Positions 10,045 through 19,481 of a DNA stretch of 64,000 nucleotides are shown here, one piece after another; the first letter of the stretch is position 1, and each line of letters opens with the position of its first letter. A model generated the notes under the pieces. It saw only the letters and a list, made by a program, of their open reading frames with translations. It did not search any database and was not told the origin of the DNA. The DNA is taken from assembly GCA_050246315.1 (NCBI GenBank), contig JBFWWG010000006.1, positions 1 through 64,000 on the forward strand. The letters are read 5' to 3'. This DNA comes from Nitrospiraceae bacterium (GTDB taxonomy: Bacteria > Nitrospirota > Nitrospiria > Nitrospirales > Nitrospiraceae). A program made the translations under genes and the position numbers.

Positions 10045-10835
10045 AAACGTGGCATGTTCAGGCATGGGCGATGCCGTCGCATCCGGAACGACGAAGGACA
10101 CCGGCACGCAGGCGGCTGGTACCCCTCGGCGCATTGCTTCTGACAGGTTGGACGATCGCTGAGGTCGCCTCCTCCGAAACGCCGCCGGACGGGGGGACGA
10201 TCGGAGAGCCTTCCGTTGTCGTCGAGACCGCACCAGGGTCGAGGTCGTCTCCGAGTGCTGCCCCGCTGAACCAATCCGACCCGGTTGCCCTCGTCGTTCC
10301 TCCGACCGTGCTCTCGCTGGTGCCGAATCACGTCGGCCTCACCATCGCCGACCAACCGGTTGTCTATTGGTTCCTGTCCCGTCCGACCGAGGCGCGGACT
10401 CTCTTTGTCTTGCTCGACGCCCATTCGCTTCAGGTCGTACGGTCGATCACGCTCCCTCCGTTGGAGCGCGCCGGCATTCAATCCGTCCGGTTCAAGGATT
10501 ATGGAGTGACGCTCCAGCGCGACGTACCCTATCGGTGGTTCGTCAGCGTCTTGATCGATCCGGCGAGTCCGTCGCGGGACCTGGTGACCGGAGGAGCGAT
10601 CGAGCGGATCGCCCCCGAGTTTTCATCGGCCGGCGCGCCGCCGGCCCCTTCGCTGGACGCCGTTCATTTTTATGCGGACCAGGGCCTCTGGTATGATGCG
10701 ATGGCCGCCATCTCCGATCTGATCGCCGCAGACCCGTCGAACGATACCCTTCGGCTCCAACGCGCGGCGCTGCTGCAGCAGGTGGGGCTCCAAGAAGTGG
10801 CCGAGTGGGATTTGCATCAACGGTTGATGGACTAA
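10041..10835 (+). CDS. DUF928 domain protein (exported), copy 2
   Basis: Paralog of the preceding gene: VYWFLS, YRWFVSV, YADQGLWYDA, LRLQRAALLQQVGL. Confidence 0.8.
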   Translation: MKTWHVQAWAMPSHPERRRTPARRRLVPLGALLLTGWTIAEVASSETPPDGGTIGEPSVVVETAPGSRSSPSAAPLNQSDPVALVVPPTVLSLVPNHVGLTIADQPVVYWFLSRPTEARTLFVLLDAHSLQVVRSITLPPLERAGIQSVRFKDYGVTLQRDVPYRWFVSVLIDPASPSRDLVTGGAIERIAPEFSSAGAPPAPSLDAVHFYADQGLWYDAMAAISDLIAADPSNDTLRLQRAALLQQVGLQEVAEWDLHQRLMD

Positions 10836-10861
10836 GCGTGGACGGAGAAGGCGTACCAACT

Positions 10862-13768
10862 ATGACTCATCCGCGATGTTCGTTAGGACCGCTGCTCGTC
10901 GTGATGCTCTACCTGACCGGAATCATCTCTCTGTCGGATGTCATGCCCCTCGCCATCTCCTCGGCCATGGCCCAAGTCGTCTCCCCTCTCACATCCTCCG
11001 GGCTCAACACCCAAATCAGCGGGCCGATCGCCGGCCCCGGTGGCACCAGGCAATTCAACATCACGGGCGGCACCCGTCCCGCGAATGGACCGAATCTGTT
11101 TCATAGTTTCGGTAATTTCTCTGTCCCAACCAACAATGTCGCCAACTTCCTGAACGATGCCGGACTCCCCACGACGAACATTCTGGCTCGCGTGACCGGC
11201 GGGAATGTCTCCTCGATCTTCGGGACCATCCAAACCACCGGGTTCGGCAACGCGAATCTCTTCCTCATGAACCCGGCCGGATTTCTGTTCGGCCCCACCG
11301 CCACACTCAATGTCGGCGGCATGGTCACCTTCACCAGCGCCGACTATCTGCGCTTCTTGGACCAGACGAAATTCAATGCGGCGGCCAACCCCGCAGCCGA
11401 TGCGCTCCTGAGCATCGCCCCGGTCGCGGCCTTCGGCTTTCTCGGGTCGAACCCCGGCGCGATTACCGTACAAGGCAGCCAACTGTCCGTTGCACCGGGC
11501 CAGGGACTGTCGTTCGTGGGCGGCGACATCACGATCGAAGGGGCCACCCTGGCACCCAACAACGTCCAGCCGGCTCGTCTCGCGGCCCCCGGCGGACACC
11601 TCGCCCTTATCAGCGTGGCTTCGCCCGGAGAGGTCCGACCCGTGAGCGCAGGAGGGCAACCAGCCGAACCGGCGGGGATCGGGTTCACCAAGTTCGGGAC
11701 GATCACGCTCGCGCAGGGCGCGATCCTCGACACGAGCGCTGACGCCGCCGGGCGAATCGTGATTCGTGGCGGTCAATTCACGATGACGGATGCGTCCATC
11801 AAAGCAATCTCCGTCAATGGCACCGGACCGGCCAATGCCTCCCCGACGATTTCGATCACAGCCGAGGCCGTCGAACTACAAAACGGCGCCTACATCACAG
11901 CCGACACGCTCGGAACCGCCCCGGCTGGGGATATCACGTTCAACGTGGGAACCTTGACCACACAGGCGGGCGGCAATCGTATCCCGCTCAATCCGAATGA
12001 CAACGATATCGTGGCAGGAAACCTGATCGCGAGCGATAGCAGGAGTGTGAATGCAAACGCAGGGCCTGCCGGCAACATCACGATTCAGGGGATCGACGGC
12101 CCGGGGACGGCCGCGACCAGCGTGCTGCTCAGGGATAGTTCCATTAGTTCCAGGATATTCGGAGGGTCACCGGGGGCAACGCGCTCTGCGATCACGATTA
12201 CCGCCGATTCACTCGTTCTGACGAACGAAGGACTGCCCGGTGGTGGAGGAGCGGCGACCATCGTGGCCAATACCATCGGCCCCGCCCCCGCCGGGAATAT
12301 TGCACTCAACGTGAACACATTGCTCGCGAACGTGAATGCTGATGAGACACCGATCGAGGGGGCTCGCAAAGTATTTATCGTCACAAGCAACAATCCGGGC
12401 AGTACGGCCGGGCCCACCGGCAACATTACGATCTCCGGTATTCGTCCTGAGTCTACCGATGCAGCCAACCTCGTGGCTTTGAACAATATCGCCATCAGCG
12501 CGGGGGCGGACGGCGGAACTGCGACGACGCCTCCGGGGAATATTACGATCACGACGGATACGTTGAGCCTGGCCAACGATGCGGGAATCCTGACGGCGAC
12601 ATTCGGGGAGGGGCCCCCGCCGGCCGGCACGATTGCCATCAACGTCAATACGCTGCGCGCCCAAATACGGCCAGACGGAACGCCCGTCAACGGCCTGCCT
12701 CAAAGCTTCCTTGCGAGTGTCAGCCTATCGGGACAGGCGGGCGACATCACCATATCGGGCATCGGCCCTGAAGCGACGGATGCGGCGAAGCTCCTCGCGC
12801 TCAACAATCTCGAGCTGAACACGGTGGTGTTTGGCGGAAACACAACCACCAGGCCCGCCGCGATCATGGTCACGGCGGACACGATCCAGCTCACCAACAG
12901 CAACAACATCAAGACCAATACGAACGGAGCCGCTCCAGCAGGAAATATCGCTTTCAACGCCACCACCTTTTCCGCCGATCAGGGCACCAAGATCAGCAGC
13001 GGCACATCCGGGCCGGGACCGGGCGGCACCATCTCGATTACGGCCGGCCAGTCCGTCACGTTGAACAATGGGAGTGCCATCACCGCGAGCAGCACCGGTC
13101 CGGCCGATGCGGGCGACATCACGATCAACGCGGGCCGGACCTTCACCAGTACCAACAGTTCCCTGACGACAGAGGCGGCTCAGGCCAGCGGCGGGAATAT
13201 CACCGTGCTCGCCACGGACAGCGTCCGGCTCACCAACAGCCAGCTCAATGCTTCCGTGCAGGGGTCCTCGACCACGATCGGCGGCAACATCGTCATCGAT
13301 CCACAAACCGTCATCTTGCAGAACAGCCAACTCGTCGCCAATGCGACGCAGGGGCAGGGCGGCAATATTTCCATCACGACCCAGTCCTTCCTGGCGGACG
13401 CGACCAGCGTGATCGACGCCTCCTCCCAATTCGGGGTCAGCGGGACGGTGAACATCCAATCCCCGACCTCGCAGATGGCGGGACGGCTGGTCGCCTTGCC
13501 GAACAATCCGCTGACGGCCACGCCGTTGCTCAGCCAGCGTTGCGCCGCCTTGGCGCACAGCGGTGAGAGCAGCAGCTTCGTGGTGGCGGGACGTGACAGT
13601 CTGCCGCCCGAGCCAGGCGGTTGGCTGCCCAGTCCGATGACGCTGGATACAAAGATCGCGAGCCTCGCGGCGAAAGAAGCGCCTCGCGTCTCGATCCGCC
13701 GCAGGCCGATAGCCGCAGCGGCGCCACAGATCGCCTTGCATGATTGGATCGGAGGCTGCGGCTCGTGA
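10862..13768 (+). CDS. Filamentous haemagglutinin-family TpsA exoprotein (copy 2)
   Basis: GGAG RBS before ATG 10862; TPS domain NLFHSFGNF/NLFLMNPAG; beta-helix repeats; same C-terminal module as copy 1. Confidence 0.9.
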   Translation: MTHPRCSLGPLLVVMLYLTGIISLSDVMPLAISSAMAQVVSPLTSSGLNTQISGPIAGPGGTRQFNITGGTRPANGPNLFHSFGNFSVPTNNVANFLNDAGLPTTNILARVTGGNVSSIFGTIQTTGFGNANLFLMNPAGFLFGPTATLNVGGMVTFTSADYLRFLDQTKFNAAANPAADALLSIAPVAAFGFLGSNPGAITVQGSQLSVAPGQGLSFVGGDITIEGATLAPNNVQPARLAAPGGHLALISVASPGEVRPVSAGGQPAEPAGIGFTKFGTITLAQGAILDTSADAAGRIVIRGGQFTMTDASIKAISVNGTGPANASPTISITAEAVELQNGAYITADTLGTAPAGDITFNVGTLTTQAGGNRIPLNPNDNDIVAGNLIASDSRSVNANAGPAGNITIQGIDGPGTAATSVLLRDSSISSRIFGGSPGATRSAITITADSLVLTNEGLPGGGGAATIVANTIGPAPAGNIALNVNTLLANVNADETPIEGARKVFIVTSNNPGSTAGPTGNITISGIRPESTDAANLVALNNIAISAGADGGTATTPPGNITITTDTLSLANDAGILTATFGEGPPPAGTIAINVNTLRAQIRPDGTPVNGLPQSFLASVSLSGQAGDITISGIGPEATDAAKLLALNNLELNTVVFGGNTTTRPAAIMVTADTIQLTNSNNIKTNTNGAAPAGNIAFNATTFSADQGTKISSGTSGPGPGGTISITAGQSVTLNNGSAITASSTGPADAGDITINAGRTFTSTNSSLTTEAAQASGGNITVLATDSVRLTNSQLNASVQGSSTTIGGNIVIDPQTVILQNSQLVANATQGQGGNISITTQSFLADATSVIDASSQFGVSGTVNIQSPTSQMAGRLVALPNNPLTATPLLSQRCAALAHSGESSSFVVAGRDSLPPEPGGWLPSPMTLDTKIASLAAKEAPRVSIRRRPIAAAAPQIALHDWIGGCGS

Positions 13769-13975
13769 TTTGCGGCGTTCACGAGCGCGATTCGTTCGTG
13801 GCAGTCGGATCGAATCGTGCGGGATGGTGCGGAGAGAAGGTGCGGAGCCGCCAGACAATATTCCAATTTCCGATCCTCTGGTTTCAGCCGCCACCGAGCC
13901 CGCCCACACGCTGCTTCGATCCTCAGAAAGTTCCGTACCGCAGGTTTCCTCTTCTCCCTTTACCATCAGTCCAGA

Positions 13976-14015
13976 TGTATCTAAGCAGATACAGCCGGAA
14001 GGACATTTGGATACA
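13976..14015. promoter_or_regulatory. Putative activator boxes: TGTATC-N6-GATACA plus a half-site 22 bp downstream
   Basis: TGTATCTAAGCAGATACA 13976-13993; second GATACA 14010-14015. Confidence 0.55.
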
Positions 14016-14144
14016 GTACGCCTCGTTCTAGTCGGGCGTGGCGTTGATCCTGGCTCTCCTCTACGCACAGCATTCGTCCCGTCTCCCTTGCGTTCTCGCT
14101 AGCCTAGTCTCGCGATGATGCCCGTCCCCTGTCCGGTGGCAAGA

Positions 14145-14160
14145 CGGCATAGTCATTGCT
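14145..14160 (+). promoter_or_regulatory. Putative sigma54 (-24/-12) promoter
   Basis: CGGCATAGTCATTGCT = GG-N10-GC with TTGCT, ~130 bp downstream of the palindromic boxes. Confidence 0.55.
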
Positions 14161-14681
14161 CTCCTCCTGGCACGAAGCGAGTGCCATGGCGCTCCTTTGG
14201 AATGAATCACCGGGGAGTCAAGGCAAGTGACGCTCCGAGCCGGGCACCCGATCCGTCACTGACGCTGGACAGCCGTGGATCGTAGGATCTCCTGGGTCCT
14301 GCCCATCCAGTCGATCTGGCCGCCTCAGAGGCTTTGTCGTTCAGCCGCGTCTCGCGGACGACTCCGTGACGCGGCGCTGCTGACGCTAGAGTCCGGCGAC
14401 TGTCGTCAGGGATTGTAGAAGTGGGAAGGTGGTGCGGCAGGATCCAGAACTGCGCAAGGCTTTACAACCAAGCTGTTCGCTGTACCAGGCTGTCCTACAG
14501 GCGATTAGCCTCACACTATCCCATAATTGGGATAACACCGCAAGAGCCGAACGGCTCTGGAGAATTAGGGCCTTGCCAAACGACTCTAAAGAGTTTACGT
14601 ATAGCGCCCTCCTCGGTGAGGCCGGTCCTGTTCTTTCCTCCCTCTTCAGAAAGAGGGAAGCAGAAAGAGAGTTAGCCGTCG

Positions 14682-16943
14682 ATGGCTGCTCAGTTGCCGG
14701 AACGTCGCTCTCCTTCTCTTGGCCCGATCACGGGCATCACCCACTCTCAACGGCCAGACCATCTTCGCTTCACGCGATTGAGAACTCAGCCGACTCAACT
14801 CGTGTTCCTCGCGTTCTGTCTAAGCAGTGTTTGCCTCGCCACCGTGCCGGCACAGGCAGAGGACCCGGCTTCCGCTCAAGGAGAAGCGCCTCCTCAATCA
14901 AAGTCGGAAGCAGGTCCCCAGGATGCCGGCACGGCGGATGACATGACCAAGTTGCTGGAGGAAGAGCAGAAAGTGGTGCTCCGGGAGGACAGTGCTTCCA
15001 TCGCCAGAGGCATGTATCCCGGAAAGCCCCAACCCATTTCCGACGCGCCCTCAAATGTCTACGTCATTTCGGACGATGACATTCGACAGTCGGGGGCTAT
15101 CGATATTCCCACGGTTCTCCGCAGTGTACCCGGCATCGACGTCATGCAAGTCACAGGAGCAGATTTCAATGTCAGTGCGCGCGGAAACAATCAGTTGCGT
15201 GCCAATAAGATGCTGGTCCTTGTTGATGGCCGTTCGATCTATCTCGATGTTCAGGGAGAAGTGCTCTGGAAGAATATCCCTGTGACCTTGCCGGAGATCA
15301 AACGGATCGAAGTGCTGAAGGGACCTGCGGGAGCGGTGTATGGCTTCAACGCCTTCGACGGCGTAATCAACATCATCACGAAATCGGCGGCTGAACTCAA
15401 AGGCGTCACCCTTCAATTCGGAGGCGGCGAATTTGGGACTATTTCCAGTGCGGCGATCGTTGGAGCCGTCTACGGCGACTGGGGGTTGCGTCTCTCCGCC
15501 GGTCACAATCAAACCAATCAGTGGAACAATCGCGATTCATTGGCATTTCGCAATAATCTATTTAACGGCCAAGTGGAACGTCATTTTGCCGGTGACGCCA
15601 AGCTCACGCTGCAGGGCGGAATCGTGGATTCCAACCGGTATTTTGGACCAGTCGTGGACCAGGTGGTGGTCAATCAGCAACCGAGCCAGCGTTATGCCAA
15701 TGTGGTTTACGAGCGCCCCAATTTCTTCATTCGGGCCTTTTGGACCGGGACGAATCAGCCGGGGACGGTGACGGCCAACCCTCTACTGGCACCCTTCCTC
15801 CAGCTTTTTGACAGCACTGGGAACAACAACCTGAATCTGGTCGAGAACAGTTACAACATAGAGGTGCAGCAAGCGTGGAATTTGTGGGCTAGGAATCGGC
15901 TCACCGTGGGGTCCAATTACCGCTATAACACGGCCAAGAGCCCTTTTATCGGCGGCGACGGCACGGCCTACGAAACACGGTTCGGGCTCTATTTGCAGGA
16001 TGAGTGGAAGATCACCGATCAAGTCACCGTGGTTGGCGGCGTCCGTTATGACATGGATACGTTCATCAATCCCACGATCAGCCCTCGGGGCGCGATCCTC
16101 TATAGTCCATGGAAGGACCACTCCTTTCGTGCCGAAATTTCGCTCGGTTATCGCCCCCCAACGATCTTCGAGACTCGAACGGTGAATCAAGGGCTGATCA
16201 ATATCCCGGTTCCGTTTCCGCCCTTCACGATCGGGATACCAAGCACCTTCTCCGGTTCACCGAATCTGGCGCCGGAACAGATTACTTCCTACAACGTCGG
16301 GTATCAGGGTTGGTATTGGAAGCACCGCTTAAGGACCCGGGCAGATGCTTTCTACAACCACATCTCAGACCTGATCGGAGTCTCAGGAGAGGTGAACCCA
16401 GCCGTTCTTTCTCTATTCAACGGCGGAACACAAGGGGAGTTAGGCCAGGGAGGCGGGTCGGCCGATATCTACGGCGGCGAGGTCGGCTTCGAAGTGTGGC
16501 CGCGCCCTTGGCTCTCCGCCTTCGCGAACGCGTCTTATGCGAAGATTCGTCAAACGTACGAGCTGAGCAATCGGGTCGCGCGAGGCGCCCCGCAGTGGAA
16601 GGCCAACATCGGCGCACGGGCGGAGTTCGACAATGGACTGAGTGGACAACTGCTGCTGCACTACGTGGACAACGCCACCTATCCCGTGGATCCCGCCTTT
16701 GCGTTCGCGGCTGGCCCTCCCTTCAACGGCGCTCCCGCACCGCTCAACACGGTCGGAGGCTATTTTCTCTTCAATCCGCGAGTCGCCTACAAGTTCTGGA
16801 GGGAAAAGGCATCAGCAGGCTACCTGCGCGACGCAGAAGTCGCCGTCACCGGGTTTAATGCCCTCAACGACAAACACAAGGAGCATCCGCTCGGCGAAAC
16901 GATCAGTCACCGATGGATGGGGTGGCTGACGATCCGGTACTAG
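14682..16943 (+). CDS. TonB-dependent receptor (paralog 1)
   Basis: Plug motifs APSNVYVI, LVLVDGRS, IKRIEVLKGP, GVINIITK; barrel; start uncertain. Confidence 0.92.
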   Translation: MAAQLPERRSPSLGPITGITHSQRPDHLRFTRLRTQPTQLVFLAFCLSSVCLATVPAQAEDPASAQGEAPPQSKSEAGPQDAGTADDMTKLLEEEQKVVLREDSASIARGMYPGKPQPISDAPSNVYVISDDDIRQSGAIDIPTVLRSVPGIDVMQVTGADFNVSARGNNQLRANKMLVLVDGRSIYLDVQGEVLWKNIPVTLPEIKRIEVLKGPAGAVYGFNAFDGVINIITKSAAELKGVTLQFGGGEFGTISSAAIVGAVYGDWGLRLSAGHNQTNQWNNRDSLAFRNNLFNGQVERHFAGDAKLTLQGGIVDSNRYFGPVVDQVVVNQQPSQRYANVVYERPNFFIRAFWTGTNQPGTVTANPLLAPFLQLFDSTGNNNLNLVENSYNIEVQQAWNLWARNRLTVGSNYRYNTAKSPFIGGDGTAYETRFGLYLQDEWKITDQVTVVGGVRYDMDTFINPTISPRGAILYSPWKDHSFRAEISLGYRPPTIFETRTVNQGLINIPVPFPPFTIGIPSTFSGSPNLAPEQITSYNVGYQGWYWKHRLRTRADAFYNHISDLIGVSGEVNPAVLSLFNGGTQGELGQGGGSADIYGGEVGFEVWPRPWLSAFANASYAKIRQTYELSNRVARGAPQWKANIGARAEFDNGLSGQLLLHYVDNATYPVDPAFAFAAGPPFNGAPAPLNTVGGYFLFNPRVAYKFWREKASAGYLRDAEVAVTGFNALNDKHKEHPLGETISHRWMGWLTIRY

Positions 16944-16997
16944 CGATGAGAACGCTCTCGCAGCGCAGATAGAACGAGAGTCTGGAGGTCCGCCTCT

Positions 16998-17894
16998 TTG
17001 CACGCAGCGACGAGACAATTCAAGCTCTCCCGGCGCAGGGTTGCAAGGGGGAGCAAGCCGGTAGGCTTAAGCGGCTTCGTCGACGTCGACACCTGTGGCG
17101 ATCCTCAGGCGCTGGTTGAATACCTGGATGTCACACACGGAGACGAACAAGCACATGCGGCGAGGCAGGGACTAGTCCGAGCACTTGCCCCCCGGGAAGG
17201 TGATCACCTCCTGGATGTCGGGTGTGGAGTCGGTCATATGACGTTGGAACTAGCCAGGCTGGTGGGAAACACCGGCTGTGTCATGGGAATCGACAACAGC
17301 ATGATCATGATCAATGAAGCCCGAAAGCGACTCCACAGAGCGGGAAGCCTTCCCGTTGACTTTCATGTCGAGGACGCACACAGGCTGAGCTTTGCCGACC
17401 ACAGCTTCCACGGCTGCATCGTGATCAGCACGCTCATGTATGTCAGCAAGCCACACCAGGTGTTGTCGGAAATCGGGCGAGTGCTCAAACCCGGCGGTCG
17501 GATAGCCATACAGGAGTGCGACTGGCACACGATGGAACTCAAAACGGGCAATTCTATTGTGGACCACATGATCACGGCCATTCTCAAACGCAGGATTCGG
17601 AATAAAGACATCGGGAATCGCCTGCCGGCGCTACTGGAAGCGCTGGGTTTTCAGGGCATTACGGTCAGCACGGGAACCTTGACGACCTTGGCGTTTGCCA
17701 CTGCGAACCGGGCCTGGAGAATCGGGGCGACCATTCGCCAAGCCGCTGAATCTCGCGCGTTGTCGGCAAGCCGTGCAGCCAAGCTGATGCTCGCATTGGC
17801 GAAGGCCGAGACGGAAGGATCTTTCTTTGGTGCTGTCACCGGGCATGTTGTGGTCGGGGAATCGCCAACGATTGCCACTCGATTGATTACCTGA
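16998..17894 (+). CDS. Class I SAM-dependent methyltransferase (UbiE-like)
   Basis: LLDVGCGVG motif I, EDAHRLSF, RVLKPGGRI; TTG start after GGAGG. Confidence 0.85.
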   Translation: MHAATRQFKLSRRRVARGSKPVGLSGFVDVDTCGDPQALVEYLDVTHGDEQAHAARQGLVRALAPREGDHLLDVGCGVGHMTLELARLVGNTGCVMGIDNSMIMINEARKRLHRAGSLPVDFHVEDAHRLSFADHSFHGCIVISTLMYVSKPHQVLSEIGRVLKPGGRIAIQECDWHTMELKTGNSIVDHMITAILKRRIRNKDIGNRLPALLEALGFQGITVSTGTLTTLAFATANRAWRIGATIRQAAESRALSASRAAKLMLALAKAETEGSFFGAVTGHVVVGESPTIATRLIT

Positions 17895-17991
17895 TCGCGG
17901 GACGATACACGGCAATATTGGATGAACAGAGCAAGACGTTTCTTGAGAGAAAAGCCGCACGAAGAAACCATACACAATGAAGGAGGGTACG

Positions 17992-18306
17992 ATGAAAGAG
18001 GCTACCTATCCCGGAGATCCACGCGACGCCGGTGACAAGACCGTAGAGGAGAAGCTTGGCACAGATGAGTGTACCGCCGCAGAGAAAAGGTTCGAACAAG
18101 AGACTGGAAGGCCAGTCCGCATCAAGAAGATTAAGGTCAGGGACGTCATGAGATCGCAGCCGGCAAGGTTTGACGAGGAAGGTAAGGAGGCAAAGCAGCT
18201 CAGCGGTGATGAGTGGAAAGGAATTATCTACGCGATCGAGGCTAGAAATCCAGGATGGAAATACAAGGGCACTGGGGCCAATTCCTGCTGCTGTACATGG
18301 GGATAA
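17992..18306 (+). CDS. Candidate RiPP (TOMM/LAP) precursor peptide, 104 aa
   Basis: AGGAGG RBS before ATG 17992; charged leader-like N-terminus; C-terminus GTGANSCCCTWG; directly upstream of the cyclodehydratase genes. Confidence 0.7.
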   Translation: MKEATYPGDPRDAGDKTVEEKLGTDECTAAEKRFEQETGRPVRIKKIKVRDVMRSQPARFDEEGKEAKQLSGDEWKGIIYAIEARNPGWKYKGTGANSCCCTWG

Positions 18307-18407
18307 TCTGCGAGGCGAATTGAAGCCGGCGAGATCCCCGTTTGCTAACACGTGCATTCGGGGACCTCGCCAGGATTTGGCCGCTACGGTCCACCGCGAG
18401 TCGCTCT

Positions 18408-19481
18408 ATGGACCATTCACTCATCCGGCTGAGGTCTCTTCCTTTCCAAATCATCCGATTCGGGACCAGCGTGATTTTGAAGCGCGGCTGCACCGAGATC
18501 CGATTCCAGGGCGCCCACTACGCCGACCGCCTCGCTCTTTTCCTGGAGCTGTCCCGTAGCAGCTCGACTGAGCAAGACATCCTGGCACGGATTGAAGAGC
18601 GGGACAGGCCGGAAACTCTCGCCATGCTTAGGTTGCTACAAGCCAAGCAAATTGTCATCCCCACGAGCGCCGGTGAGTCCGGCTCACCGGTCCCAGAAAC
18701 TCCGCTCGATATCTTCAATTGGCACTTTCGACCTCAAGACCAGCATAGCATGCCCAAACCGCAGTCCCGACACATCGTGCTGCTGGGGGACAACCGTCTC
18801 GCACGTGATCTTTCCGAGACGTTGGCGCTTTCGGGATTTCGCCATGTCACGGCCGTGGAGGATCCCCTCCGAGGAGACCCGCGGACAAGGGGCCGTAGCG
18901 AGCCCGAGCCAATCCACTCTCCAACCAAATGGCGGCCCATCCCGTACGAAACGTGGATACAACAGATCGATTGGAAGAATGTGGACTGTCTGGTCGCCAC
19001 TTCTGATGCAGGCGGGCGCGACTTGTTGAGGGAGTGGAATGAACTAGCAATTCACCATCATTGCCACTTCCTTCCGGTCGTACTCCAGGACGTCATCGGC
19101 TTTATCGGCCCATTGGTCGTTCCTGGCGAGACCGCATGCTACGAATGTTTGATCGCGCGAGAAAACAGCCATCTGGATGATCCTGGGGTACGCCGGGCGA
19201 TTGAACGGGCTGCTCCCGAGGGACGACACGTCGTGGGATATCACCCTCTAATGATTTCTGTTCTGAGTGGGGTGGCGGCATTTGAGTTAGTGAAGCTCTA
19301 TGGCGAGATGGTGGCAGCCCTCAATGTCGGGACATTGATTGAGGTGAATCTTCTCGGTACCCGGATGACGACCCGCAAGGTATTAAGAATTCCACGTTGT
19401 AGGGTGTGTAGCAGTCTGCTCGAACAACCGTCGATCTCCATTCACAAGCCGAACACTACCTCCAAGGCTCCCGGAATATGA
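18408..19481 (+). CDS. TOMM leader-peptide-binding / ThiF-like cyclodehydratase scaffold (C protein)
   Basis: IGPLVVPGETACYECL and PRCRVCS Zn motifs of the E1/ThiF fold; N-terminal winged-helix-sized region (putative RRE). Confidence 0.85.
   Translation: MDHSLIRLRSLPFQIIRFGTSVILKRGCTEIRFQGAHYADRLALFLELSRSSSTEQDILARIEERDRPETLAMLRLLQAKQIVIPTSAGESGSPVPETPLDIFNWHFRPQDQHSMPKPQSRHIVLLGDNRLARDLSETLALSGFRHVTAVEDPLRGDPRTRGRSEPEPIHSPTKWRPIPYETWIQQIDWKNVDCLVATSDAGGRDLLREWNELAIHHHCHFLPVVLQDVIGFIGPLVVPGETACYECLIARENSHLDDPGVRRAIERAAPEGRHVVGYHPLMISVLSGVAAFELVKLYGEMVAALNVGTLIEVNLLGTRMTTRKVLRIPRCRVCSSLLEQPSISIHKPNTTSKAPGI

Noticed and set aside
13976..13993. Palindrome as an NtcA/CRP site
   Set aside because: GTA-N10-TAC spacing does not fit NtcA GTA-N8-TAC; association with -24/-12 elements favours an enhancer-binding protein
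14168..14186. TGGCACG as a second sigma54 promoter
   Set aside because: GG-to-GC spacing is 12 rather than 10 and TTGC is absent; better read as a small palindrome
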